This document shows, in pieces, positions 33,609 through 45,579 of a DNA stretch of 64,000 nucleotides. The translations under genes and the position numbers were made by a program. Source of the DNA: Octopus vulgaris (lineage: Eukaryota); assembly GCA_951406725.2 (NCBI GenBank), contig OX597832.1:70432001-70496000 (forward strand), in the 5' to 3' direction. Below the pieces are notes generated by a model. The model was not told the DNA's origin, searched no databases, and saw only the letters and a program-made list of their open reading frames with translations. The number at the start of each line of letters is the position of its first letter. Within the stretch, counting starts at the first letter, position 1.

Positions 33609-33648
33609 GACGGGCTTCTTTCAGGCTTCTTACCACACAGTCACTCCT
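33293..33648 (-). mobile_element. SINE family A, internally deleted copy
   Basis: The tail (33293-33400), the internal microsatellite and a collapsed head (33607-33648) are retained. Confidence 0.75.
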
Positions 33649-34545
33649 ATATATATATATCCATATATATACATATAAGTATGCGTACACACAAACTCAC
33701 ATACATACACACTCACGCACACACTAATCTAATCTCATACACAGAAATGTGCTTAGTCATCCCTCGAATATGATCTGATAACATTTGCAGCTTCTTCTCT
33801 GATAGGTAGCCATGTATTGGGGAGTAGACATAGAAACGTTCTCTGGACTCCTACCCGGGATCCAGGGGAGCATCGGGTAATGTTACAGCTGAAGAGAGAG
33901 AGAGAGAGAGTGAGAGAGAGATGGGTGAGAGAGAGAGCATTGCAAGACACTCTTCTGATGCTAATTTTCTGCTGAGTTTAACTGGAAAAAAAATGGGAAA
34001 TTATAAACCTTGTTAAAAGACACTACGAGCTACCTGTTTCATGAATCGAATCACAATTTTATGATCGTAATCCCAGAAAGCTAGCCACCCACCCACACAT
34101 AGAGAGCAGGATACACATTTTCGATGTATTTGTATGTACATATGTATGTGTATCCGCGTTTCTATAAAATTAATCATTATCATCATCATCATCATCATGA
34201 AATCAATCTTTGCTCGCGGTTTCTTATTTTCCCTTATTTATTGATTGATTCCTTTATTCATTTTCTAAAGGTCATTTTCTTATTCTTAAGTAACTCTTAG
34301 TCTTTTTAGGTGATCGATGTCCAATGTATGTTTTGGTTTTATCATTCCATCCATCTGCCATTCTCATTTCACTCTCTCAGATTCCACTGACCGCTCTCGA
34401 TCCCATTATTTCCCTTCACTTCCTGTCAGAAAACATACAAATGTCTTTGCTCCAATTCTGCACTACTATCGTTTTATCCACTCTCGATATTTCTATTGTC
34501 GGATTTTTGCTTTTCATTTTCCTCCATTTCGTCGTTTCAAGCACA

Positions 34546-34707
34546 TTCTTCTTCTTCTTCTTCTTCTTCTTCTTCTTCTTCTTCTTCTTCTTCTTCTTCT
34601 TCTTCTTCTTCTTCTTCTTCTTCTTCTTCTTCTTCTTCTTCTTCTTCTTCTTCTTCTTCTTCTTCTTCTTCTTCTTCTTCTTCTTCTTCTTCTTCTTCTT
34701 CTTCTTC
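34546..34707. repeat. Pure (CTT)n/(GAA)n triplet repeat
   Basis: An uninterrupted run of about 54 units. Confidence 0.95.
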
Positions 34708-35002
34708 ACTTACTTTGCCTCACTCATTTTCCACTCCCACATTTTCTGTCTTTCTGTTCCCACTTCTTTCTCCCCCATACATACACACATATACCGACTC
34801 AGACACACACATACACACACACAGATACACACAAACACACATTATACAATTTATATATTATATTATACATTATACATTATACAATTTATATATGTATACA
34901 TGTACGTATGTACGCATGGATGTATTGCTTGCATGTATGTCTGTACGTATGCATGTATTTTGTATATATATATTTAGATAGATAGATAGATAGATAGATA
35001 GC

Positions 35003-35097
<95 letters not shown>

Positions 35098-35936
35098 ATA
35101 GATGGATGGATGGATGGATGGATGGATGGATGGATGGATGGATGGATGGATGGATGGATAAGTAAGTAGGTAGATAGAGAGAGATGTAAGTATGCGTGTA
35201 TGTGTGCATATGTGCCTATTTGAGTATATTAAAAACTTCTTACAAAAATACTTGATACAATCAAAATATTTTAAGAAATATTTTTTTAAACTTATTAACT
35301 AAAAAAAAAAAACAGAATGTCCGAAACCATTTAGAAAGAAATATCTGTGTATTTTTTGTTTTGTGTGTAAACGCTTTCATTGACCAACTTTTCAATCGCA
35401 TGTATTTGAAAAGCTGAAGAGCGAAAGCGCTCACACACAAAGGTTGGTAACATTCTGCTCGCTCAATATTTTTTTTACGTAGATTATAATTCATGCAAAA
35501 AAATATTTCATTAAATACTCATGCGCGAGTGCGTGTGTATTTATCGAGGAAATGTGATCTATTTTTCCACATCGTTCATTATCTTCCTTTTCTCTTCTGC
35601 TTCCTTTTCGTTCTCCTATTCCACCCCTTCTCCTCTTCCGCTTCCTCCCCTCGTCTTCGCTCTCTTATATTAATCCATTCTCCGCGCTCTCTCAATGTCT
35701 TCATCTCCGTCTTCTACCTAGGATGTTATTTTCTTTCTCTTTCCTTATCTCTTTCAACTTCTGTTTCTTTGCTCTAAGTTCATCATTTTCGTACATCTGG
35801 CATAGTTACCGGAACGTCGGCAAGAGCAGTTCTTCGTATTCCTTCCAAGGTCCTGATTTCAAATTATGCTGAGTCATCTTTGCCTTGATTCTGTTTGGGT
35901 CGGATATCTATCTAACTATCTATCTATCTATCTATA

Positions 35937-36007
<71 letters not shown>

Positions 36008-36012
36008 AACTA

Positions 36013-36086
<74 letters not shown>

Positions 36087-36511
36087 TTATTTATTTATAT
36101 GTATATGTATATATTTATATATATAGTTGCAAACTGAGATAGGGGTTGTAAATGCAACCCTCCATAGGATAACATATATCCAATATACTGCCAGTGAAGT
36201 ACCCAACAAAGTTAATACATAAATGTTAAGAATTGCGATGCAATTAATTCATTCACTGTATTATATGGGCAAAGGTAAATTGTATTACCACAAATTCATA
36301 ATACAAAATAAGAAAATGGAGAAATACATCTAAATCAAATATCAACTACCAGATTAAACCACCACATAAGAAACTTTAAGGTCAAACATAATAATATATG
36401 ACAAAACAGTGTACATAAAGGAGTGTACATAAAGGAGTAATATGATACAATAAGTACAATATGTATAAGAGAATATAAATATAAATAAATATAAATATAA
36501 ATATAAACTAC

Positions 36512-36638
36512 ATCTTACAGCTGTTTCGGCCCTGCAGATAAGTATGTCTCATTTTACTTATATTAGCCATGTGTGGTAGGTCAATAAGTAGTTATAAATG
36601 AGACATTTACAAAATTATCCTAAGGCCTCTTCGGAGAT
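36512..36638 (-). ncRNA. Type I hammerhead ribozyme motif with a U4C core variant and a long helix II
   Basis: Minus strand: AUCU-CCGAAGA-GGCCU-[long insert]-GGGCC-GAAA-CAGCUG-UA-AGAU. The insert contains ATGTCTCATTT/AAATGAGACAT (36544-36554/36596-36606) and TACTTAT/ATAAGTA. Confidence 0.75.
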
Positions 36639-37171
36639 TATGAAATACAAACCAAATTACATATACACTTACATAAGTGTGGGTACATACCCATAATAGA
36701 TCATATATATATTCATATGGGTGCATATACTCATACTCCTATACATATACATATACACATACATGATAATATAAATAATATAAATCAACAAACATACATA
36801 TGTTCCATATTCAACGTTACAGTTTTTCAACTTAATATTGTGATATTACAATATAAAAAACATACACATATCAATACCCAAATGCAGATATACAGAGTCA
36901 AGAGTACATTATATTAATTTATATTAATTTACAAAATGTCATTAATGTTAACATCATTACCATTATCATTACCACTAATGTTACCAATATCATTATTCTT
37001 ATTAATAACACTAATAGCAATATAATAGCAATATAATAGCAAAACTAAGGACCACAACAGTACTACAGTACCATGCAAAGCATTAAATATCTGTATATAC
37101 ATACAAAATAAGAAATAAAAGCATTCGGTTTACATGATATTAAGATCCACAGGTGCACGGATGTATATATG

Positions 37172-37440
37172 TGAACTTAATCTTGGTTTGACTGGCATCT
37201 TTCTTCATGTTTCCTGAAAATCTTATCCACAACTTTATCGGTATTTTTACCTTCTCTGGGATGTTACTAATTGATTTGAGAACTTTACATTGTTGGAAAA
37301 CATAAATGAACTTAATCTTGGTCTGCCTGGCATCCTATTTCAAGTTTCTGAAACTCATATCTACAACTTTATCGGTATATTAGCACTCTCTAAGATGTTA
37401 CTAATTGATTTAAGAACTTTACATTATTGGAAAACCTATA
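37172..37440. repeat. Two diverged tandem copies of a ~135-bp unit
   Basis: TGAACTTAATCTTGGT...CAACTTTATCGGTAT...GATGTTACTAATTGATTT.AGAACTTTACATT.TTGGAAAAC starts at both 37172 and 37307. Confidence 0.85.
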
Positions 37441-37445
37441 TGAAA

Positions 37446-37530
37446 TTAGCTGAAGATTACTTCACATATTATATTTGCTGTAATATTTGCAGCTTTAATA
37501 AATTGTTATAGTATGAAACAATTGTACTAA
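37446..37530 (+). ncRNA. Type I hammerhead ribozyme motif (canonical core, U-U mismatch at the base of helix II)
   Basis: UUAG-CUGAAGA-U-UACU-[insert with GCUGUA/UGCAGC stem]-AGUA-U-GAAA-CAAUUG-UA-CUAA, followed by the family terminus and (TA)n. Confidence 0.75.
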
Positions 37531-37565
37531 ATTACCGGATCCATTCTTGTTGCTTATTTTTTGGT

Positions 37566-37600
<35 letters not shown>

Positions 37601-39594
37601 TTGTGTGTGTACACACACACAAATACGCACGCACACAACACATAAATATACAAATGTGTGTGTATATATGTGTGTGTGTGTATGTGTGTGTGTTTCTGTG
37701 TGTGTGTGTAGTGAGAGAGAGAGACAAACAGAAAGACAGAAATAGACACACACATGTAAAGTAACTAGTCTTTTTCCTCCATGTGCCACATGTTACCTAC
37801 ATGCGTCACAGACTTAATCTCCCGACCAGTTTAATATCATCCTTGATGCCTTGGATCCCTCGAGCAAAGTCTGCTCTCTTACAAATGGTTGGCCAGGACT
37901 GAGGATAACTTTCCCCTCTCATAACGCCTCTGTGAACCTGTAACCCGTTTTAGGTCCTTCCTTTTTGCACAACTAAAAGCATTTAAAAAATCATCGCCAA
38001 TATCATCGTTCTTACCATTCACTCCTCCTCCTGCTTTTCCTCCTCTACCTCCTCCTCATCATCATCACCCTCATCCTCCTCATTCGTCTTCTTCTTCTTC
38101 TTCTTCTTCTTCTTCTTCTTCTTCTTCTTCTTCTTCTTCTTCTGTCATCTTATGTTTTCTTGCTTTTCTTTCTCTTTCTTTTCTTTTTTCTCTCTTGCTT
38201 TCTTTTCTTCTCTCTCACCTGTTTGTTTTTCTTTCGCACCATCAACCTTACTATTAACAACACGAGAAACATTCCAACAGCAGCAACAGAACAGAAAAAA
38301 ATATGAACTAACATACCCCATCATCTTAATTGCATTCAATGTAACTATAAGCTCTGCACCTATATCCACCCGATTGCCGCACACCATTGACACGCTTAAT
38401 TGCGTCCACCGAAACATTTAATATTACTCGGTGATGATAGTACTGGGCTTGACTTAGTGCTTGCATGGTTTTTCTCGACCCCAGAAATAAAACACCAACC
38501 AAGCACTAAGGTCAATTTAATACTAAGTACCTGCCACTTCTAGTATTTGTGGCAACGTTAAGAACTATCATATTCATAAGGGGAGGTGGGTGGAGATGAG
38601 AAGATAGTTATAGCACCGAACAGAAAACTAAAAAAATAATAAGGTTTTCAACTAAGATTTTGAACTTAGAATGTGGAGGTCCTTGAGGATAATGGTGCCC
38701 TCTCTTCATTGCACACAAGAAAAAGATGGGAGGATTTGTTCACAACTTCTGGAATGTCTTTTAGCCTTTCAGGTTTGTAATCCTTTTCAATGAGAGTTAA
38801 CCTAAGATTTAATAACAAAAATCATTATTATGTAACGACCGTGAGATATATGGAATCATAAGCGCGTCGAACAAAATGCTTAGCAGTATTTCTTCAGAAT
38901 TTTTACGTTCTGAGTACTTTTGCCGAACCGCTAGATTGCGAGTACGCAAGAATAGCAACAGCGTTTGTCAAGCAGTAGTTGGAGACAGACATACACACGC
39001 TTACATATATTCATATACGACAGGCTTGTTTAGTTTCTGTCTACCAAATCCATTCACGAGGCTAGAGTAGAAGAAACGCGGTAGGATTGACCAGCGAACC
39101 ATGTGGTTGGGAAGCAAGCTTGTGTTTTGTATACCTGTATAAACTTAGATTAATTTAAGTCATTAATGACCCGAGGGCCACATAGATCTTAGTAGAACCC
39201 ACACGATGTTATTAAGTTATAATCACTATTTGGGGACTTCGCAGGAACAGAGGAATTGCTGTTGGTTGAAATATATTCAGGTGATACTAGTGTGGGGGAT
39301 ATTTCTTGAAGGAATTTTTTCAGGTAATCTTAAAATGTTTTTGAGTCTATTTCTTCCTTAAGAACTTTCAGAAGAATAATAAAGCAGACCCAGTTGATGT
39401 AAATAAAAAAAAGTATTCTGTGTCGCAATGTATGTATGTATGAACGTATGTATGTATATGTGTATGTATGTCTGCATGTATGTCTGCATGTATGCATGTA
39501 TGTATGTATGTATAAATGTATATATATATATACATACATACACACATACATACATACATACATACATACACAAACATACACACACATACACACA

Positions 39595-39671
<77 letters not shown>

Positions 39672-39679
39672 CATATACA

Positions 39680-39840
39680 TTTGCAATCCAAGAACAGGAA
39701 ATACCAACCAAATACCTGGTACACAAAAGGGACAACAATGCAGGAAAAGCAGTAAAATGTGACAACCGATGCAGACTTTGTGGAGTTATATCAACCATAT
39801 AATAAGCAGTTGTTCGAAAATGTTGTCACGGTATTATCAT
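39680..39840 (+). mobile_element. R4/Dong-like fragment (CCHC region)
   Basis: AIQEQEIPTKYLVHKRD...CRLCGV, then frameshifted INHIISSC. It is homologous to the 31.9-32.1 kb fragment. Confidence 0.65.
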
Positions 39841-40104
39841 ACATACGTACAAAAGTACCTTGTTTACTCTGTTGTTGAAATTCCAACGAAGAAGCTTGGA
39901 ACTTGGTTAGAACACGGTTCATTCTCTATCGGCAAGAACTCTTAAAATAAAACTGATTAATGACATACATATAAATATAACCCAGGTGCACGAACGCACA
40001 CGCATTCAAAATTAAATCGATATATATATGTAAATATATGCACATCTAAAAGCATGCTTGCAATACGTGACATAATGCAAACACACGTTCGCACAAGCAT
40101 ACAC

Positions 40105-40143
<39 letters not shown>

Positions 40144-40144
<1 letters not shown>

Positions 40145-41435
40145 GAGGGGCGTTCAATAAGTAATGCTTCTGATCCACTTGAAGTTGTTCGATCTAGCTG
40201 AAATTTTGCATGTGCAATTATTTATATCTATATAGATTACGTGGCAAATTACAGCTCTAAACTAATTGTGGTTTCTGATTTACAGGTGTTTGAACTGAGT
40301 CAAGTGTGAAATGGAGTCTGTTGAATGTCGAGCAGTGATCCGGTTTTTGTATTTGAAAGGACGCACACCACGGGAGACTTTTGATGAAATGAAAGTAACT
40401 TATGGTGATGATGCCCCATCATATGACCTTGTAAAACGCTGGCATCGTGAATTCAAACATGGTTGGAACTCTGTGGAAACAGCTCCCAGATCCGGTCGCC
40501 CCCTTCTGCCATTGATGAGGCATCTGTCCGTCAAGTTGAGGCTGCCATTTTGGAAGATCGACGCATAACTATTCGCGAAATAGCCCATGAGGTCAAGATT
40601 AGTACCGGGTCTGTGGAAACTATCATTCATGACCATTTGCATATACAAAAGGTGTCTGCCAGATGGATTCCCAGGTTGCTCACTTCCTTCCAGAAGCAAG
40701 AACGCGTCGATTGCTCGAGGATGAATTTGGAGATGTGCCAATAAGATGAGTCAAAATTTTTCAAAAGACTGATTACACAGGATGAAACCTGGGTCCATCA
40801 CTATGATCCAGAGACCAAAGCCCAGTCAATGCAGTGGAAGCACCGTGACTCCCCTCCTCCAAAAAAGGCAAGGGTGCAGCCCTCCGCTGGCAAGGTCATG
40901 CTCACAGTCTTCTGGGACCAGGACGGAGTAGTGATGACAGATTTCCTGGCAAATGGTGCCACAATTACAGGAGCCTATTATGCTTCACTTTTGAGGAAAT
41001 TAAGAGAAGTTACCAAAATCAAGAGGCGGGGCAAGATCAGCAAAGGCCTCCTCCTCCTGCAGGACAACGCTCCGGTCCACAACTCGCGTCTCGCCAGATC
41101 AGAAGCACAGGTGTGCGGCTATGAACTCCTCCCCCATCCCCCCTACTCTCCTGACCTTGCACCCTCTGATTTTAACCTCCTCCCAGCCATGAAGTTGTTT
41201 TTGAAAGGAAAGCGGTTCCCAGATGATGCAGCCTTGATTTCTGAAGTCACGTCGTGGCTGGAGGACCAAGCTGGTGTCTTCTACAGAAACGGTCTTCAGA
41301 GCTGCATCAAACGATGGGAGAAATGCGTAACTCTGGGTGGTTCCTATGTAGAAAAAGACTAATAACTGTGCCAAGTTTCGTTGCTCTACTGCTATGGGAA
41401 GTGGGTCAGGGGCATTACTTATTGAACGCCCCTCG
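40144..41435 (+). mobile_element. Full-length mariner DNA transposon (1292 bp)
   Basis: A perfect 24-bp TIR core CGAGGGGCGTTCAATAAGTAATGC / GCATTACTTATTGAACGCCCCTCG extends imperfectly to ~37 bp. TA lies on both sides (40142-40143, 41436-41437). Confidence 0.96.
40311..41362 (+). pseudogene. Mariner D,D34D transposase with one frameshift and one stop
   Basis: Motifs WIPRLL, TQDETWVHHYDPE, QDNAPVH and YSPDLAPSD, with 34 residues between the last two Asp. Frameshift near 40500; TAA at 40742-40744. Confidence 0.93.
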
Positions 41436-41971
41436 TATAATACTTATACACACACAAAAATTCACTCGCATACACAAACGCACATACCTCTAAAGTTATT
41501 CCGAGCTCGGTTTATGACACCAAGTCCACACTATTTCTACCAAAGCTTAACTGTCAATGCTCACAAGACTTAAACGTGGAGGTCATATTCAGCTCATTAA
41601 CACACAGACAATTAAACGAACATAAACACACTTGAATAGGAGGAAATACAAGGAAAACTTTAAATAGAAAAAGTCATTGGCAAAAACAGAAGTGAATAGG
41701 TAGACCCGTATATATAGTACAGCAGATGCCATTATTAAACACATATACGGGCATATATATAGTTTACGTAGAATGTGGATCAATGCCCGTCAGATAGTGT
41801 TTTCCGGAATGTGTTAGGCGAGGAGAGAGATGTGGATGTAGTTAGAACTGAATGGAGTCAACTTGCAGCAGAATTCACATCGCTAAAGTCGGGCAAGAAT
41901 TAACGGATATAGCAACACAGCTTTTTACCTACAATTCTTACGCATACATATGTATATGGATGTGTGCGCGC

Positions 41972-42011
<40 letters not shown>

Positions 42012-42850
42012 ATGCAAATGAATGTCTATGCCGTTTGTCGTGCGTGCACATATGCATCTTATACACTCATCTCTCACTCCCTCTCTCTCTCTCTCCTTCT
42101 CTCTCTCTCTCTCTTGTTTCTCTCTTTTCCCGTAGATATATATATATATTTCGTTTTTGGATATGGTTTCAAAGATTCTTTATATGAGTTCGTGTGTTGA
42201 AGCCTATTCTGTTGTGTCTTGGAAGAGTCATTCTCTTTTAGTGCCTTTTTATTTAACACACACACCGGAAAAATTTCCACTTATTTCTTATTTTTATTTT
42301 CTAAAATTTTCGTTGCGTCTTGCAACCTTTTCAATAGTCTGGACTCTGTCCGTTATTTACACTACGTTCCCTTTTGTTTGTTTGTGCGCATGTCTGTGGG
42401 TCAGTGTGTGTGTGTGTTCCTATACATGCATGCATGTACGTATGTATGTGTGTGTGTGTTTGCATGTGTATGCATGTATATATGTGTGTTTATGAATATG
42501 TATGTATGTGTGTGCATCTGTATGTACGTATCCTGTATATTTATGTGCTTGCCCGTCCGTGTTTGTGTATTTTCTATGTATGTGTGTGTGAGCATGTGTT
42601 TGTATATATATGCATCTCTGTCTCCTTGTGTGTGCATATCTGTGTGTGTGTGTTATGTAACTATGTACCATGTTTGTATGTATGGATGTGCATCTTTATA
42701 TGTGTGGATCCGTGTCTCCATATGTGTCTGTTCATATAGTCTATATACTTATCCATCTGTATATTGATCGGTTTATTTACATATCTAAATGCTTACATAC
42801 AGAAATAAAAAAAAGAAAAAGAAATGAAAATTTATTAAATATATAAAAAA

Positions 42851-43219
42851 AAAATTAAGAATACCATATGCACCAATGATAACTGCATGGTATGTACTGG
42901 TATTAACTGTAGAACTCGAAATGTAGTTTACAGCATAAGATGCATAGAAGGTACTTGTAAGGACATGAACATGATGTACATAGGGGAGACGTCTAGGAGC
43001 ATTGCAGAACGGATAAATGAACATCTAAGACAATATGACGACAGAAAACAGTCCTCCATACTCTACCAACATGCCAAAGACCACCATGGCGGTAACTTGG
43101 GTCAACTGGACATCCACATCTTATCCAAGCACCCAAAAGACCCAACACTCAGACAAATACGGGAGTACGTCCTTATAAATGAAACCTCCCCAATATTAAA
43201 TAGGAAATATACACAATAA
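42851..43219 (+). pseudogene. GIY-YIG endonuclease domain of a Penelope-like element (no RT present)
   Basis: In-frame CTNDNCMVC..NC, then VVYSIRC...YIGETSRSIAERINEH...HAKDHH...LRQIREYVLI....PILN. A Cys cluster before GIY-YIG is as in Neptune/Nematis-type PLEs. Confidence 0.85.
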
Positions 43220-43797
43220 ATACCATACCTCCATACGCACAGTTTACAAGGTAGAGTAGAATAGTTAGTGGACTGTTAGGTAGATAAATGTATGTATGTG
43301 TGTGTGGGTGTGAGTGTGTGTATACCTTTTTTTAATCATTATTATTTTTGTTATTTTTTTTTATTTCTGTATGTAATTTACATATCTAAATGACGGATAG
43401 GTATATAGAGTATATGAACAGACACATATGGAGACACCGTTCCACACATATAAAGATGCACATCCATACATACAAACATGGTACATAGTTACATAACACA
43501 CACACACAAAGAGACAGAGGTGCATATATATACAAACACATGCTCACACACACATACATAGAAAATACACAAACACGGACAGGCAAGCACATAAATATAC
43601 AGGATACGTACATACAGATGCACACACATACATACATATTCATAAACACACATATATACATACATACACATGCAAACACACACACACATACATACGTACA
43701 TGCATGCATGTATAGGAACACACACACACACTGACCCACAGACATGCGCACAAACAAACAAAAGGGAACGTAGTGTAAATAACGGACAGAGTCCAGA

Positions 43798-43834
43798 CTA
43801 TTGAAAAGGTTGCAAGACGCAACGAAAATTTTAG
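43798..43834 (+). ncRNA. Candidate minimal hammerhead in the pLTR (U3-A8 variant); mirror copy at 42301-42337 (-)
   Basis: CUA-UUGAAAA-G-GUUGC-AAGAC-GCAAC-GAAA-AU-UU-UAG. It has a 5-bp helix II, a 3-bp helix I and palindromic AAUU in place of helix III. It is on the same strand as the GIY-YIG ORF. Confidence 0.5.
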
Positions 43835-43924
43835 AAAATAAAAATAAGAAATAAGTGGAAATTTTTCCGGTGTGTGTGTTAAATAAAAAGGCACTAAAAG
43901 AGAATGACTCTCCCCAGACAAACA

Positions 43925-43977
<53 letters not shown>

Positions 43978-43978
43978 A

Positions 43979-44220
43979 GTATATCTCAACAGATTTTCTA
44001 TGCAATTCAGAGCCAACAATGAAAGTTATGACCTTTCGTATACGAACATGTCTATTTAGACAATGCAATGGAAGATAGAAAAGATAAGTAATGGATGCAT
44101 ACACAACGAACCCTGTCTTTCTTCTTTCTATTGCTTTCTTCAAATGGGCGTATTTGTATACGAAACGTTGTAACCTTCAACGCTCGCTCTGAATTCAATA
44201 GAAAGTCCGTAGAGATATCC
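43979..44220. mobile_element. 242-bp MITE with ~80-bp imperfect TIRs and TTAA flanks (Kolobok-like)
   Basis: TTAA|GTATATCTC...AATTCAGAGC...TTTCGTATAC and GTATACGAAA...GCTCTGAATT...GAGATATCC|TTAA. Confidence 0.72.
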
Positions 44221-44370
44221 TTAAAAACCGAAAATAATGCACTGCTAACACAAATTAGGCACAGTATTGGGTTATAAGCCTTTAATATACTTGGTAGAAT
44301 TTTATGCTATCAAAACAAAGTACGATGTCCCTACCATCAATTAATACGTATATATGCATATGCATGTGTG

Positions 44371-44411
<41 letters not shown>

Positions 44412-44510
44412 AGATAGGTAGATAGATAGATATAGAGGCCACACACATATCACTTCAAACGTTCTATACACACACATATATGTATGTACATATATGTGTG
44501 TGTGTGTATA

Positions 44511-44565
<55 letters not shown>

Positions 44566-44664
44566 ATATAAGTATATGTATGTGCATGTATAGTGGTATA
44601 TATATATATATATTATATCTATGCATGTATGTATATATATATGTGTGTATGTATATAAGTATGT

Positions 44665-44699
<35 letters not shown>

Positions 44700-44710
44700 C
44701 ATATATATAC

Positions 44711-44762
<52 letters not shown>

Positions 44763-45512
44763 TATACATATACATACATACATATATATATATAGTAGTT
44801 GAAAATGCACTGAGAGTTAAATTATGTTTTATTGAAATATTTGAAGCTTTGACCGGTTTCACAGTTTACACTGATAGTCAAAAAGTTCAAATAGAAAGAC
44901 GTGGCTTATGTCGCAGCTGTTTTGCCATAGTGTTTGAAGTTTGCCCTGTTCATGTTTCGAATTATTATATGTTTTGAAGAGGATTTGATTGTTAAACGGC
45001 TTTTTTTCCAGAAAAGGAAATATTTGGCTGCTATTTCTTGTATGCCCTGCTACATCGTAACAAATATTTGCGTTCACACCGAAATATTTTCCAACTATTT
45101 TCATTCCATTTATTTTCCCACTTTATGGAAGTCAGTATTTTCTCAGTTGGCATCCACCTCAGCTAAGTCACGGATCAAGTAGAAACCCATCAATCACTGT
45201 TCCCTCTTGACAGGACAAAGAAATTTCCCGCTGTCTTTGCAAGCAACAAACGGGTGGATTTGGTTTCAAATCTAGGCGGGGCCAAACAATGTCCTACAAG
45301 TTATTTATAATAGTAAGTGGCGTTATATCGGCGTTGAAAGAATAACACGTACAATATGCTATGACAATATGGTATGACAATGAAATTTTCGGGTTAACGG
45401 AAGCTCAATGTAACTGACGTTAATTAGCTCTGTAATGATTTTCAAAGTTAACTTAAAAGTTAATCGTTAATGAAAATGTTAACTTCGCTGATTAATGATT
45501 AACAGACGTACG

Positions 45513-45551
<39 letters not shown>

Positions 45552-45579
45552 ACTTTATTATTCATTTTCTGATTTTAAA

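Larger units (their letters stand above)
42150..43925 (+). mobile_element. 5'-truncated Penelope-like element with ~550-bp inverted pseudo-LTRs
   Basis: 42209-42760 and 43392-43925 are near-identical reverse complements that enclose a GIY-YIG endonuclease fragment. (TA)n flanks the element. Confidence 0.88.
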
